DNA of 64,000 nucleotides, taken from Nitrosopumilus sp. Its GTDB lineage: Archaea > Thermoproteota > Nitrososphaeria > Nitrososphaerales > Nitrosopumilaceae. The stretch spans positions 1-64,000 of the forward strand of contig CBDBLX010000002.1 in NCBI GenBank assembly GCA_965207445.1. The letters run 5' to 3'. A model generated the notes under the pieces. The model was not told the origin of the DNA. It was given only the letters and a program-made list of their open reading frames with translations, and did not search any database. Shown piece by piece: positions 43,290 to 54,054 of this stretch; position 1 is the first letter of the stretch, and every line of letters starts with the position of its first letter. A program made the position numbers and the translations under genes.

Positions 43290-44223
43290 CACACTGTAAC
43301 ACTACACAAAACTGCCCAGTACAATTGTCTTGATTGTGGTGCAAAATTTCAAGCTAAAAATAACCTTCCACCAAACGGTCAGTTCGATTACTCTGTAATT
43401 CGCTATGTAACATATCAATCCATGCACAGAAAGACTCCTAAAATGGTTTCAGAAGATTTAAAGAATCTGTTCAAACTAGATGTTTCTGATACGACAATTC
43501 GTAATATATACGACCGTCAAACTGCAATGCTAAAACCCATAAGAGATGGTTTCATGGCAGAATTAGAAAAATCACAATCAGTAATCATGGATGAGACCGA
43601 ATACAAAGGTGAGCCCAAAAGATGGATAATGGCAGTTAGAAACGATGACACCGTAGCGTACCTGCACTCTCAGAATCGTAGTGCAACAGATCTCATAGCA
43701 CAGGCCGAAAACTGTATTGGTGCAATAAGTCGAGATGGATATCGCGGATATGATACTGTATTTCCAAATCACATAAAACAGCGCTGCACACAACACATTG
43801 TGCGGGAGAGTGGAACCATTTCAAATCGTAGTGAACTTGAATCTGCTACCAATTTGTATAATGAGTTGAACAAAAAATTTATCGCGTTGCGCAAATGGAC
43901 TCGTGGCAACTACTCTTTAAAGAGTAGGCGTTCATATGTTACAAAACTTCAAAAATGGTTGTGTGGTATAATATCTAGATACAAAAAAAAGCAGGTATGA
44001 AATAATGAAAAAGTTTGGCACCACACTAGAAAACACAGCGCCCGAACTGTTTACATTTGTTTTGTATCCAATTATACCACAAATCTTGGAGAACAGTCAA
44101 TGAAACCTGTAATAGGTCAGAGGAACAGTCGTCTGCAGTTGAAGAGTGACAAGGGGCAGAAAATCTCTGTGTAATATTTAGTTGTGTTGAGACGTGGAAG
44201 ATGCGTGGACTAAATGTTTAGTA
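43290..44223 (+). pseudogene. IS66-family transposase, 5'-truncated and frameshifted
   Basis: CLDCG, MDET, SRDGYRGY, QRCTQHIVRE; later frames give TTNLGEQSMKP and ETWKMRGLN. Confidence 0.85.
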
Positions 44224-44783
44224 GTTGTGTAAAACTATTGGTCCATCGTCTGATGATATATCTTAAAAATATATGATCTTGTTATTATGCCAAAATAGGT
44301 TGGTTCATACCACAAAATCCATGGGCGACACACCACCTGCTTCCATGTCTGTGGCAGGCAAATGGGTGGAGTCGGCCCGACGGTTGTTGTGTAGAGGTGC
44401 TTCCATGTTTCTCTGGTTACGCATGTCTACGCAGTGCGTCCCGAAGTTCGCGTGCTGTCAAGTTGGTGTGTGATGGTGTATCCGTAAGTACATACGAACT
44501 TGACGCTCCCTCCCACCAACCAACTCTGTTTCCTAATTGTACCTGTAGATACACCATTTGTCATCCGACAGAGACTCGGCAGGCGTCATGAGGCGAGTTA
44601 GAAAACAAAGATTCCCTACCAAATAGTTTACAAAGAGTAGATGCGGTAGAAAAATTTCACTATCCTGCAAGAATGGTAATCGGTAGGAACAACACTGTTA
44701 TCGACAGTTAATGCAAGGATCTTCAAAAGACACTCCGGATTTGGAAAGACCTCCTTATATAACGCAGGATGCGAGGATATACA

Positions 44784-45590
44784 ATGACTGCAAAACGTAC
44801 AAAAACGGCTTTGATTCTATGCATGCTTGCAACATTTGCTATGGCTTCGGTGCAATATACGGCTGCAATTAGCAGTGACACGCCGCAACACGTTGATGAT
44901 TCCCGGATGGTTACTTTTCTTGACAATGTGATTGACAAAACCGGAACAACCATAACCGAACACACGCTTGATGACTCGTCTGTTGTTACTGTTACAAATA
45001 CCGTAACGCCTACAGGGAGTAACACGTACATAGTACAGTCGATAGCTGCTTATCGTGGTGTCACTATTAACAACGAAACCATTACAGTTACGAAGAATGC
45101 CGACAACACGATCCATATGATCAACGAAAAGCACGGATTTAATGTCGTGTTTGGCCGTGGGGACAGTAGTGGTTTTAATGAGCATGGACAGATACAGGTA
45201 CGCAACTCGAAAACCATTCACCCCCTAGGTAGTGGAAGTTCGGACATATCAGGCGCCAAAGTGGATCTGTATGATAGTGGCTACAAGGCAACGTGGGAGG
45301 AACTACTGCGCTTGGAAGACCGTTATGAACAGTGTAATCTTAGAGATTACGAGACTTCCGCAGTTGTATTAGGCAACGACTATTGGACAACTGTCCACTG
45401 GAACTTTGATCAGTTCTATTTCCATTGGTGCATACTAGGACACTCTGTAGACAACGGTGAAATATCGTTCCAAGGAAACACGTATGAGTGGTCTGGAAGC
45501 AGTAACCGAGCAGACTATCGCGACTTCTCGCACGGGTCAAACACGGGTTCGTTCAGAGTAGAGGCTGACGCATGGTATGGAAGCTGGTAA
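44784..45590 (+). CDS. Secreted hypothetical protein (cargo)
   Basis: Signal peptide MTAKRTKTALILCMLATFAMAS; TTATATAA box at about 44755-44762. Confidence 0.8.
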   Translation: MTAKRTKTALILCMLATFAMASVQYTAAISSDTPQHVDDSRMVTFLDNVIDKTGTTITEHTLDDSSVVTVTNTVTPTGSNTYIVQSIAAYRGVTINNETITVTKNADNTIHMINEKHGFNVVFGRGDSSGFNEHGQIQVRNSKTIHPLGSGSSDISGAKVDLYDSGYKATWEELLRLEDRYEQCNLRDYETSAVVLGNDYWTTVHWNFDQFYFHWCILGHSVDNGEISFQGNTYEWSGSSNRADYRDFSHGSNTGSFRVEADAWYGSW

Positions 45591-45900
45591 GTTCCATCTA
45601 CTCCCTTTATTTTCTTGGAAGTTCTTTGCACATTGTGCGGTTTTCATCACTAGTATTGGCTGGTCGTTCTATCTAGTTCAAATGGCATTTTTGGCGGTCA
45701 GTGGATCATTCTTTGATCTGGAATATTATCTTACATCCCGTCTTGGCCATGTAGATTTTATATTAATCTACGCGACAATAACATTTCTCGTAATATTCGG
45801 ATTGTTCAAAAAGAACATGCTAAAAAAAAATATGTCTTTTATTTTGATTTGTGTGGCTGTGGTTCTTAATCTCGTCTTAAGGTTGACTGTTATGGCATGA
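45577..45900 (+). CDS. Small 3-TM membrane protein (cargo)
   Basis: Three hydrophobic helices; overlaps the upstream gene by 14 nt. Confidence 0.7.
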   Translation: MEAGKFHLLPLFSWKFFAHCAVFITSIGWSFYLVQMAFLAVSGSFFDLEYYLTSRLGHVDFILIYATITFLVIFGLFKKNMLKKNMSFILICVAVVLNLVLRLTVMA

Positions 45901-46604
45901 ATTCGGCCTTTAGTACCCTGTGGGGGTAACAAGGTGGTTTCCTTATGCTGTTCAGCGCTCTCAAGAGGTGATCATGATGTCGTTGCGGACATCTCTCTGT
46001 CCGATGCCTCCAATCTCCTAGATTTTGTAGTTAGCGTCCGTGTACCAGTTTATACAGGGACTAAAGTCTGCATGATCTGCCTACTTGTTCGCACGTCTAC
46101 GGGTCACGCAGACTTTACAGTCCATCCTGTAATGATTGACATAGGTTCACGCCAATTGCCACTTCTCAGTCGTTTGGATGTTGGTCTTCTGTTGCTGACT
46201 AACGTACCTAGCGCCTCAATCCACTTCTCGCAGAGTTCGAATTGAGACCAACTCGAACCCATCTGGCAGGATTAAATCTTACTTTGCCCCGAACCTGCAT
46301 GTTGACAGGCACGAATCCGGATGGCAAAATTCGAGCTGAAACCGATTCGAAAAACGTGATAGCGGGCCTAAAGGTGTTTGGACCCCAATTGGGGTGCGAA
46401 TACCCAACACATGACGGCAGAAAGCGAACCGGGACGCTTACAGTATACATACCCCTTTTTCATTTGTGTATGTATTTGATCTGATTGAGTTTAAGCATTT
46501 ATCAAGGGCGTGTGATACACTGTACATTGCAGTGCGCAAACCAACTTCTACATATGATTGCGTCTTTGTGAGATGTTCTGCGTCTCCGGGCTGGATTTAG
46601 AAGC

Positions 46605-46685
46605 GTAACCGTTCAACCCCTTCCCAAATTTTGGCACAAATTCACCGCCTAACGTCTGGCGCAGGTACAGGGGTGGAACGGTTAC
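46605..46685. mobile_element. 81-bp IS66-type MITE (right end of the composite)
   Basis: GTAACCGTTC...GAACGGTTAC; homologous to the copies at 55893, 55966 and 61905. Confidence 0.9.
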
Positions 46686-47530
46686 ACTTTACCATACTCA
46701 AAGGTTTGTATACCAGACGTTAAAATTTTATATGAAAATATAGCATCAGCATCCTTTTTAGAATTAATATTATGATCATGATATGTAGTAACGGTTTTCT
46801 GTTGATTAAAATAATTATCATATATGGCACACGATACATACCCATACAGTTGTTTTTTTTGTGCAACAGTATCTTTTTCACTTATCAAATGTATCTTTAT
46901 GTGTGAAAAGAGATCAACTTCTGCGGCCATATTCTCGACCTCTTTGTCATCAAAGACACGTACCATATTACTAGTCATTACAGTCACACCATAATGTACT
47001 GCAAGTCTTGCCAAATTGCGCATATATCTGAAGAATTTTTGACTCTTTTCTCGCAAATCTCCATACCGGCTGTATTCGTATGAAAACAAATCAGTCAAGC
47101 TATCAATCACTACCAGATCAAAAGGACAATTACCATAAAGTAATTTTTCTATCAATCTCATCTGCTCTGATACACTCTGCACTCTGGCAACTGATATTGC
47201 ATCAAGTATGTCAGTTATGCTATTGACATGTTGCTGTTCAGATATCTTGTCATTTTGGCCGTTATTTTGGGTGAGACTTGTTGCCATCTCCATTATCCTC
47301 TCTGGCCTAAACGTACCTGCAGTATCCACATACAACACACGTCTGCGCTCACCATATATGGCAAACCTACAAGCAGCCTGCAGTAACATCTGAGTCTTAC
47401 CAGTACCGTGTCTGCCAAACACATCTACAATAACACCAGACGGAATCCCACCTCCAAACATATCATCCAAAATACCCACACCAACTGCAACAACACGTCT
47501 ACTAGTTGATCTATCTGTCAATTCGATCAC
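46682..47530 (-). CDS. RadA/Rad51 paralog (RadB-like recombinase family)
   Basis: LDDMFGGGIP, GTGKTQ, YVDTAGTFRPERI, VIDS. Confidence 0.85.
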   Translation of the reverse strand: MIELTDRSTSRRVVAVGVGILDDMFGGGIPSGVIVDVFGRHGTGKTQMLLQAACRFAIYGERRRVLYVDTAGTFRPERIMEMATSLTQNNGQNDKISEQQHVNSITDILDAISVARVQSVSEQMRLIEKLLYGNCPFDLVVIDSLTDLFSYEYSRYGDLREKSQKFFRYMRNLARLAVHYGVTVMTSNMVRVFDDKEVENMAAEVDLFSHIKIHLISEKDTVAQKKQLYGYVSCAIYDNYFNQQKTVTTYHDHNINSKKDADAIFSYKILTSGIQTFEYGKV

Positions 47531-47603
47531 AAAACTGATCTACACAGCACAACACATAAGGCTTTTATTCAAGACTTTCATGCACAAATCAAGTGAAAAA
47601 TTA

Positions 47604-47849
47604 GTGTCCCAGACCAATACAGCAAAGAGACCATTGACTACTCTACAAAAAAACACAAAGAGACTAGTCACAGTCAGGCTAAAAAATGAAGTAGAATACA
47701 AAGGCAGAATGAGCAACATTGATGCATACATGAACCTAATCATGGTTGATGCTGAAGAGTTGCACAATGGTAAAACAATAGCAAATTACGGCAGAGTTAT
47801 AGTTAGAGGAAATAACGTACTGTTCATAAAACTAGAAGATGAACTATGA
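47604..47849 (+). CDS. Sm/Lsm protein (SmAP)
   Basis: DAYMNL and VRGNNV Sm motifs; GTG start assumed. Confidence 0.92.
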   Translation: MSQTNTAKRPLTTLQKNTKRLVTVRLKNEVEYKGRMSNIDAYMNLIMVDAEELHNGKTIANYGRVIVRGNNVLFIKLEDEL

Positions 47850-47864
47850 CTCGAGGCATTAATC

Positions 47865-49028
47865 ATGGCCAGTTTCCTATTCACCTCTGAATCAGTAACA
47901 GAAGGTCATCCAGACAAGATATGCGACAACATATCAGATGCATTTGTAGATGCATACCTGCAACAAGACCCAGATGCTCGAGTTGCAGTAGAGACACTCG
48001 TCACTACGGATTTTGTAGTTGTGGCAGGCGAGTACAAGTCAGACATAGCAAATGTCGATGAGACAACACAAGAGAAACTAGTAAGAGATACCATCAGAGA
48101 GATAGGATATAATGACAAGAGTCTAGGGTTTGATGCAGACACCTGCCAAATAATACTCAAAGTACACCAACAGAGTCAAGATATCAGCATGGGCGTGACG
48201 GCAACGTCTCGGCGAGAACAAGGTGCAGGAGACCAGGGGTTGATGTTCGGCTATGCCACAAATGAGACACCAGAGTTAATGCCAATGCCAATTATACTTG
48301 CACATAAATTAACAAAGAGACTCTCTCAAGTCCGAAGAGACAACACTATACCATGGATCAGACCAGATGGCAAATCTCAAGTCTCTGTACAGTATAAAGA
48401 CGGCAAGCCCACAAGTGTTGATGCAGTTGTAATATCAACACAACATGCAGATGACATCTCACAACAAGTTATCACCCAACAGATCACAGATATGGTGATA
48501 AAACCCGTGCTAGGGGACATGTACAATGACAATATAGTAATACACATCAATCCTACTGGTAGATTCGTGACGGGTGGTCCCAAAGGAGACACCGGTCTTA
48601 CAGGCCGCAAGATAATAGTTGATACGTATGGTGGATTTGGAAGACATGGTGGAGGGGCATTTTCAGGCAAGGACCCATCAAAGGTAGACAGGTCAGCATG
48701 TTACATGTGCAGATATATTGCAAAAAATATTATTGCAGCAGGAATTGCTGAGAGATGTGAGGTTCAGATTGCATATGCAATCGGAGTGGCAGAGCCAGTA
48801 TCACTTTATGTCAATACTTTTGGAACAGGTCGCATTACAGATGAGAATATAACAAAAATGGTAAGGGAGAACTTTGATATGAAACCAGCGGCCATAATAT
48901 CAAAATTAAACCTCAAACACATATCATACAAGAAGACAGCATCATATGGTCATTTTGGTAGAGACGAGTTTACGTGGGAGAAGACAGACATGGCACAGAC
49001 ATTAAGGCAGTATGCCGACAGTCTCTAA
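47865..49028 (+). CDS. metK: S-adenosylmethionine synthetase (bacterial-type)
   Basis: [28 protein letters not shown]. Confidence 0.97.
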   Translation: MASFLFTSESVTEGHPDKICDNISDAFVDAYLQQDPDARVAVETLVTTDFVVVAGEYKSDIANVDETTQEKLVRDTIREIGYNDKSLGFDADTCQIILKVHQQSQDISMGVTATSRREQGAGDQGLMFGYATNETPELMPMPIILAHKLTKRLSQVRRDNTIPWIRPDGKSQVSVQYKDGKPTSVDAVVISTQHADDISQQVITQQITDMVIKPVLGDMYNDNIVIHINPTGRFVTGGPKGDTGLTGRKIIVDTYGGFGRHGGGAFSGKDPSKVDRSACYMCRYIAKNIIAAGIAERCEVQIAYAIGVAEPVSLYVNTFGTGRITDENITKMVRENFDMKPAAIISKLNLKHISYKKTASYGHFGRDEFTWEKTDMAQTLRQYADSL

Positions 49029-50021
49029 CTGTTTTACAACAGAAAATAGAGTAATTCCAGTAGTTTGTGATATTTTGGTATGATCACTGACAAAGCCGCC
49101 TGCAATCACACCTAAATCATCGACTCCAAATATGGTATCAGTTTTACTACTATGTGATAACGCTTTTTTATACAGTGCCTCCATAGAGACTGGATTTATC
49201 TCCACATCATATGCTTTAGCAAGCAAAGACATGTAAGTGAAAAATGGTATGCAGTCCGGACCTACCAAATCAAGTGTTGTACTAAAAGTAGTATTTTCAA
49301 CAAGTTTTTTGATTGCCCATATGATTATATTTGTCACATCATCTATATGAATTGGCTGTATGAGACTGTTGCAATTAAATATGTCAAGTGGCTCTTTTGT
49401 GCCAGATATTTTGTGCTTGTGCACATATGAGGATAGATAGTCCATGCGTCGTCGTTGTGGTGCAATGGTGTGCTGCTGCCCCCCGACTACATAAGATGGG
49501 CGAAGCACAACATGATTTAGTTTTGATTCAGCAACCACACATTCGGCAGCATATTTGGCAGCAAGGTACGCAATTGGTGTATGCAAAGACGCACCTAGTC
49601 CACTCATGTGTATAATGTTCGGTATACTGGCTCTCTGTGCCAAAAATACTGCAAGTGATGCTGTACGAACAATAGAGTCTTCGAATCTACATAGAGCCGA
49701 TTGCCTGCCATTGCCTGCAAGATTTATCAACACATCAAAGTGTCTGATAACAGATAAGATATTTGTCAAACTTTCATTTGGTGTAATATTGCACTTTTCA
49801 TAATTATTAACACGAGAGTCATTATTATCTAATTCATAATACTTGTAATCATCAGGATTAATGCGCTCAAAAGAATCAGATCCATGATATAGAGGCTCAA
49901 GTGTCTTGCGTGATAGTGTGATTATACAAACATCTTTTAAAAGTAGGGAGGTTTTGAGTTTGTGGTATAAAGCACTACCAATGAAACCATTTGCACCTAT
50001 AATGGCAACTTGCGTACTCAC
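49002..50021 (-). CDS. NAD-dependent epimerase/SDR-family protein
   Basis: GANGFIG, YLAAK, LRPS. Confidence 0.85.
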   Translation of the reverse strand: MSTQVAIIGANGFIGSALYHKLKTSLLLKDVCIITLSRKTLEPLYHGSDSFERINPDDYKYYELDNNDSRVNNYEKCNITPNESLTNILSVIRHFDVLINLAGNGRQSALCRFEDSIVRTASLAVFLAQRASIPNIIHMSGLGASLHTPIAYLAAKYAAECVVAESKLNHVVLRPSYVVGGQQHTIAPQRRRMDYLSSYVHKHKISGTKEPLDIFNCNSLIQPIHIDDVTNIIIWAIKKLVENTTFSTTLDLVGPDCIPFFTYMSLLAKAYDVEINPVSMEALYKKALSHSSKTDTIFGVDDLGVIAGGFVSDHTKISQTTGITLFSVVKQLETVGILP

Positions 50022-50099
50022 ACAAACAAGATGATCATTGTAGTTTTAAGTGTAATCAACATAACACAAACAAAAATACTACTAGACGTAAGATATGAT

Positions 50100-51299
50100 A
50101 TGCACGAGAGAAAAAACAAGATATTAAATACAGTAGATGATTATATAGAAGGAAGAGTCCAACTCACCCAACAGATACTTGATCAATATAACAACAGTGT
50201 ACAAAAAGACGGACAGCGCACAGGGTATACAACTGGTAGTTGTGCTGCTGCTGCTGCCACTGCTGCACTAAAAGCCATACTAACGGCAAGGGCCACATAT
50301 GGCATATTGATATCCTTGCCAAAACAACGCCGGCTCTTGATACCAATCAAAAAGTGCGTCTTTGATGATAGTTCTGCTACATGTACAGTAATCAAAGATG
50401 GGGGAGATGATCCTGACGTCACTCACGGGGCCGAAATTATAGTCAGACTCGAATTAACTGATAACACAAATATCATAGAGATTACAGGCGGAGAGGGAGT
50501 CGGAATAGTCACAAAGCCCGGACTCGGTCTCACACTCAATGAATCTGCGATCAATCCTGTACCAAAAAAGATCATAGAAGAGAATCTTAGAGCAGAGATA
50601 CCATCTGATATGCTAAACACATATGGTATAAAGGCCACAATTATAGTGCCAAAAGGTAAAGAATTAGGACCTAAAACAGATAATCCACGACTAGGAATAA
50701 TAGGCGGAATCTCAATACTAGGAACAAGTGGTATTGTCATACCATTTTCTACTGCATCATACGCAGCATCAATTAGACAAAACCTAGATGTGGCAATTGC
50801 AATGAGTGAGGATGTAGTTGTGCTGACTACGGGTGGCAGAAGTGAGGAATTTGCAAAAAAAACCATTGCGGATTTACCAGATCACTGTTTTATTCAGATG
50901 GGGGATTTTGTAGGATATTCGGTTAGTGAGTGCGCAAAGAGATCAGAGCACATCAAACAGGTGTATGTTGTTGGATTTATAGGTAAATTAGCAAAGATGG
51001 CAAAGGGTGTGAGACAGACACATGTCAAAGGCTCAAAGGTAGATACAAAGTTTCTTGCAAATTTGGCGCAACAAGTAGGAGCAGACCACAATATCATACA
51101 AATGGTATCCAAAGCAAATACAGCAAGACACGTATTGGAGATTATATCAGAAACCAAACACGCAAAGCGGTTCTTTGGGATTTTGTGTCACAATGTGTAT
51201 GAGCATATGATAAAACATGCACGATCTGAGAAAATTCCAATTCAAGTGATACTCTTTGATTTTGATGGTCGTGTGTTGGCAAAAGCAGAGGGTAATTAA
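50100..51299 (+). CDS. cbiD: Cobalt-precorrin-5B C1-methyltransferase
   Basis: GYTTGSCA, KDGGDDPDVTHG, GGISILGT; start uncertain. Confidence 0.95.
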   Translation: MHERKNKILNTVDDYIEGRVQLTQQILDQYNNSVQKDGQRTGYTTGSCAAAAATAALKAILTARATYGILISLPKQRRLLIPIKKCVFDDSSATCTVIKDGGDDPDVTHGAEIIVRLELTDNTNIIEITGGEGVGIVTKPGLGLTLNESAINPVPKKIIEENLRAEIPSDMLNTYGIKATIIVPKGKELGPKTDNPRLGIIGGISILGTSGIVIPFSTASYAASIRQNLDVAIAMSEDVVVLTTGGRSEEFAKKTIADLPDHCFIQMGDFVGYSVSECAKRSEHIKQVYVVGFIGKLAKMAKGVRQTHVKGSKVDTKFLANLAQQVGADHNIIQMVSKANTARHVLEIISETKHAKRFFGILCHNVYEHMIKHARSEKIPIQVILFDFDGRVLAKAEGN

Positions 51300-51354
51300 T
51301 TGTACAGTTTGACACTTTCACAAGGTATTTTATAAAAATCATTATACGACACAT

Positions 51355-52443
51355 ATGGCAGACGACAATAATATAGCAATATTGGCAATTACAAAACATG
51401 GTATTAGCACTAGTCTAAAATTACACAAATATTTTCCAGAATGGATAGTATACGCACCAGAAAAATTTGCAGCTACATATGAGTACGACAAGCGCGTGAA
51501 ATGGTATACTGATACAACATCACACATGATACCTCAAATCTTTGGCAAATACAACGGTATGATATGCATGTTCTCACTTGGAGCTACCATACGATTAATT
51601 GCGCCACATATGAAAGACAAAAAGACGGATCCGGCAGTCTTGGTGATAGATGAGATGGCCAATTTTGTAATCAGTGTATTGTCAGGACATATTGGTGGCG
51701 CAAATTATTTGGCAAAGACAGTTGCACAAAAGATAGGCGCACAAGCAGTAATCACTACGGCAGCTGATGTCAAGAATACCATACCAGTAGATATGGTGGG
51801 GCGAGATCTCAAATGGGTCATACAAGATGATACTCACATTACAGCAGTCAGTGCACATATGGTCAATGAAGATAAAATTGGCATATACCAGGATGCAGGG
51901 ACTGGCATCAAAGAGTGGTATAATAAAGAGTTGCCAGTAAATGTTCACATTTATAAGACACTTGATGAGATGTACAAGTCAGATTCAGTAGCATATCTTA
52001 TCATAACTGACAAGATAATCATCAAACCAGATATTAGCAAACCGACTGTAGTGTATAGACCCCCCACACTAATAGTAGGAGTTGGATTGCACTATAACAC
52101 AACAGCACAGACTATCATAGATGGTATTACACATACATTTGAAAAGTACAGACTTGCAAAAAAGAGTATCGCAAAGATCTCTTCTATGAAAAAACCTGTT
52201 GATATACCAGGGTTAGCACAGGCAGCAAAAGAACTCGACGTGCAGTTATTATTGCATGAAAAGGACAGATTGGCAGAAATTAAAGTACCAAATCCATCTG
52301 ATACCGTAAAATCCTTTGAGGGTACAGCAAGCGTATCAGAAGCATCATGTATGATATCATGCAATATGGGTAGTTTAATAGTAGAGAAACAGAAATTTCC
52401 ACCAGACTTGACAATAGCAGTAGCAAGGGAAGAGGCGGGGTGA
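51355..52443 (+). CDS. cbiG: Cobalt-precorrin-5A hydrolase
   Basis: DKKTDPAV, SGHIGGAN, VITTA, SVSEA. Confidence 0.93.
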   Translation: MADDNNIAILAITKHGISTSLKLHKYFPEWIVYAPEKFAATYEYDKRVKWYTDTTSHMIPQIFGKYNGMICMFSLGATIRLIAPHMKDKKTDPAVLVIDEMANFVISVLSGHIGGANYLAKTVAQKIGAQAVITTAADVKNTIPVDMVGRDLKWVIQDDTHITAVSAHMVNEDKIGIYQDAGTGIKEWYNKELPVNVHIYKTLDEMYKSDSVAYLIITDKIIIKPDISKPTVVYRPPTLIVGVGLHYNTTAQTIIDGITHTFEKYRLAKKSIAKISSMKKPVDIPGLAQAAKELDVQLLLHEKDRLAEIKVPNPSDTVKSFEGTASVSEASCMISCNMGSLIVEKQKFPPDLTIAVAREEAG

Positions 52444-53228
52444 TGATGAACAACAACAACAACAAAAGACGTGGCTTGTTACTAATTGATAGAGGAAGTC
52501 GTGAACGCGAAGCATCAGAAGAACTAGAGAGTATTTGCGCAGGTGTAAAAGAGAAAGGAAACTATGAATTTGCAGAGTACTGTTTTTTGGAGGTAGAGCC
52601 ACCATATATTGAGGATGGTATGCTAAAGTGCCTCAAGCCAAATATAATAGACACACTAACTATTGTGCCATACTTTTTGTATCCTGGCAAAAAGGTCAAA
52701 AATGCAGTAACAGATGCCATATCATACCAAGACAAGACAGACATCAAACTGCTAGTCACAAGGGCAATGAGTATGCACAGCACATTAATTGATATCGTGT
52801 ATAGCCGTGTTGCAGCAGCACTGCAGGACAACAATGTCACAGCACCAGATTCAGAGATAGATGTAATGATAATAGGGCATGGGAGCATGGATCCGAATGC
52901 TCAAAGATCTATGGATTATATAATAAATGGTCTCAAAGACAGATATCGTAACATTAGTAGGTGCTGGCTTGAGATAGAACAGCCAGACATATTTGCAGGA
53001 ATAAAAAAGTGTGAGGTAGACTACCCAAATGTACTAGTTGTTGTGTTTTACTTTTTGCATGAAGGCGCACATGTTAAAACTGACATAAATAGTGACTTGT
53101 TGCCAGCACTTGAAAAATCAACTATAAAAAATGTATACATTACAAAACATATAGGTACAGATGAACGAATAGTCGACCTAATAGTAGAGAGAGCCAAAGA
53201 GGTAGAGTCAGCAATTGTCACAGACTAA
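52440..53228 (+). CDS. cbiX: Sirohydrochlorin cobaltochelatase, two-domain CbiX
   Basis: FLEVEPP, VPYFLYPG, GHGS, EGAHV. Confidence 0.88.
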   Translation: MMMNNNNNKRRGLLLIDRGSREREASEELESICAGVKEKGNYEFAEYCFLEVEPPYIEDGMLKCLKPNIIDTLTIVPYFLYPGKKVKNAVTDAISYQDKTDIKLLVTRAMSMHSTLIDIVYSRVAAALQDNNVTAPDSEIDVMIIGHGSMDPNAQRSMDYIINGLKDRYRNISRCWLEIEQPDIFAGIKKCEVDYPNVLVVVFYFLHEGAHVKTDINSDLLPALEKSTIKNVYITKHIGTDERIVDLIVERAKEVESAIVTD

Positions 53229-53868
53229 CAGGGGCCAGTCAATTGAAGATGAAAGCATGCGCATCATCGACTCTGAAATTGATGGTAAGAGCATATATGG
53301 TGAGAAAGAGTGGAAGATAGTAAGACGTGTGATACATGCAACAGCAGACTTTGATTTTGCTACAGATGGCAAGATCATATTTTACCACAATGCAGTAAAA
53401 AGTGGCATGCAGGCACTCAAAAATAGATGTAACATCATAATTGATGTAAATGGAGTGATAGGTGGACTCAACAAGCAAAATCCAAAAGACTTTGGAAACG
53501 AGATAATATGTAAGATATCAGACCCTCAGATAGCACAGATGGCAAGGGAAATGTCTCTGACTAGATCACAGACTGCCATGCGCATGTTAGCCGACGAGAT
53601 GAATGGTGGTATAGTAGCAATCGGCAATGCACCTACGGCACTCAGAGAGGTCATAAAGATGACAAGGGAAAAAGTTACAAAACCAGCGCTAGTGATAGGC
53701 ATGCCTGTGGGTTTTGTTGATGCAGCAGAGTCAAAACACGAATTATCAACACTGCAAGATGATAATATACCATTTATTACAAATGTAGGTAGAAAGGGAG
53801 GAAGTCCGGCCACATCTGCTATAATAAATGCCATGTATAAGATGATCAGAGAAGAAACTGCAAATTAA
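53215..53868 (+). CDS. cbiC: Precorrin-8X methylmutase
   Basis: RVIHATAD, IGNAPTAL, PVGFV, GRKGGS. Confidence 0.95.
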   Translation: MSQTNRGQSIEDESMRIIDSEIDGKSIYGEKEWKIVRRVIHATADFDFATDGKIIFYHNAVKSGMQALKNRCNIIIDVNGVIGGLNKQNPKDFGNEIICKISDPQIAQMAREMSLTRSQTAMRMLADEMNGGIVAIGNAPTALREVIKMTREKVTKPALVIGMPVGFVDAAESKHELSTLQDDNIPFITNVGRKGGSPATSAIINAMYKMIREETAN

Positions 53869-53905
53869 AATGGTATATGGTATTGAAATTTTATGCCATG
53901 TATTG

Positions 53906-53965
53906 CGATGGCATTACGATGGCATTACGATGGCATTACGATGGCATTACGATGGCATTACGATG
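53906..53965. repeat. 11-bp tandem repeat x5
   Basis: CGATGGCATTA x5 between convergent genes. Confidence 0.9.
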
Positions 53966-54054
53966 TTATACTACCACATGATATTATCATATTATACTAT
54001 CATATAATACATATATACAAATCAATATACTAAAAATTATTTATAAACATTCAA

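Larger units (their letters stand above)
43250..46685. mobile_element. 3.4-kb composite element bounded by IS66-type ends
   Basis: GTAACCGTTCAACC ... GGTGGAACGGTTAC; 9-bp TSD ACTTTACCA at 43241-43249 and 46686-46694. Confidence 0.88.

Noticed and set aside
44273..44700. Possible TnpB/omegaRNA remnant
   Set aside because: No recognisable RuvC or Zn-finger motif or IS200/605 end hairpin that I can support
47865..49028. Bacterial-type MetK in an archaeon as a recent transfer
   Set aside because: Host-like composition and syntenic with Sm; I recall this type as normal for thaumarchaea
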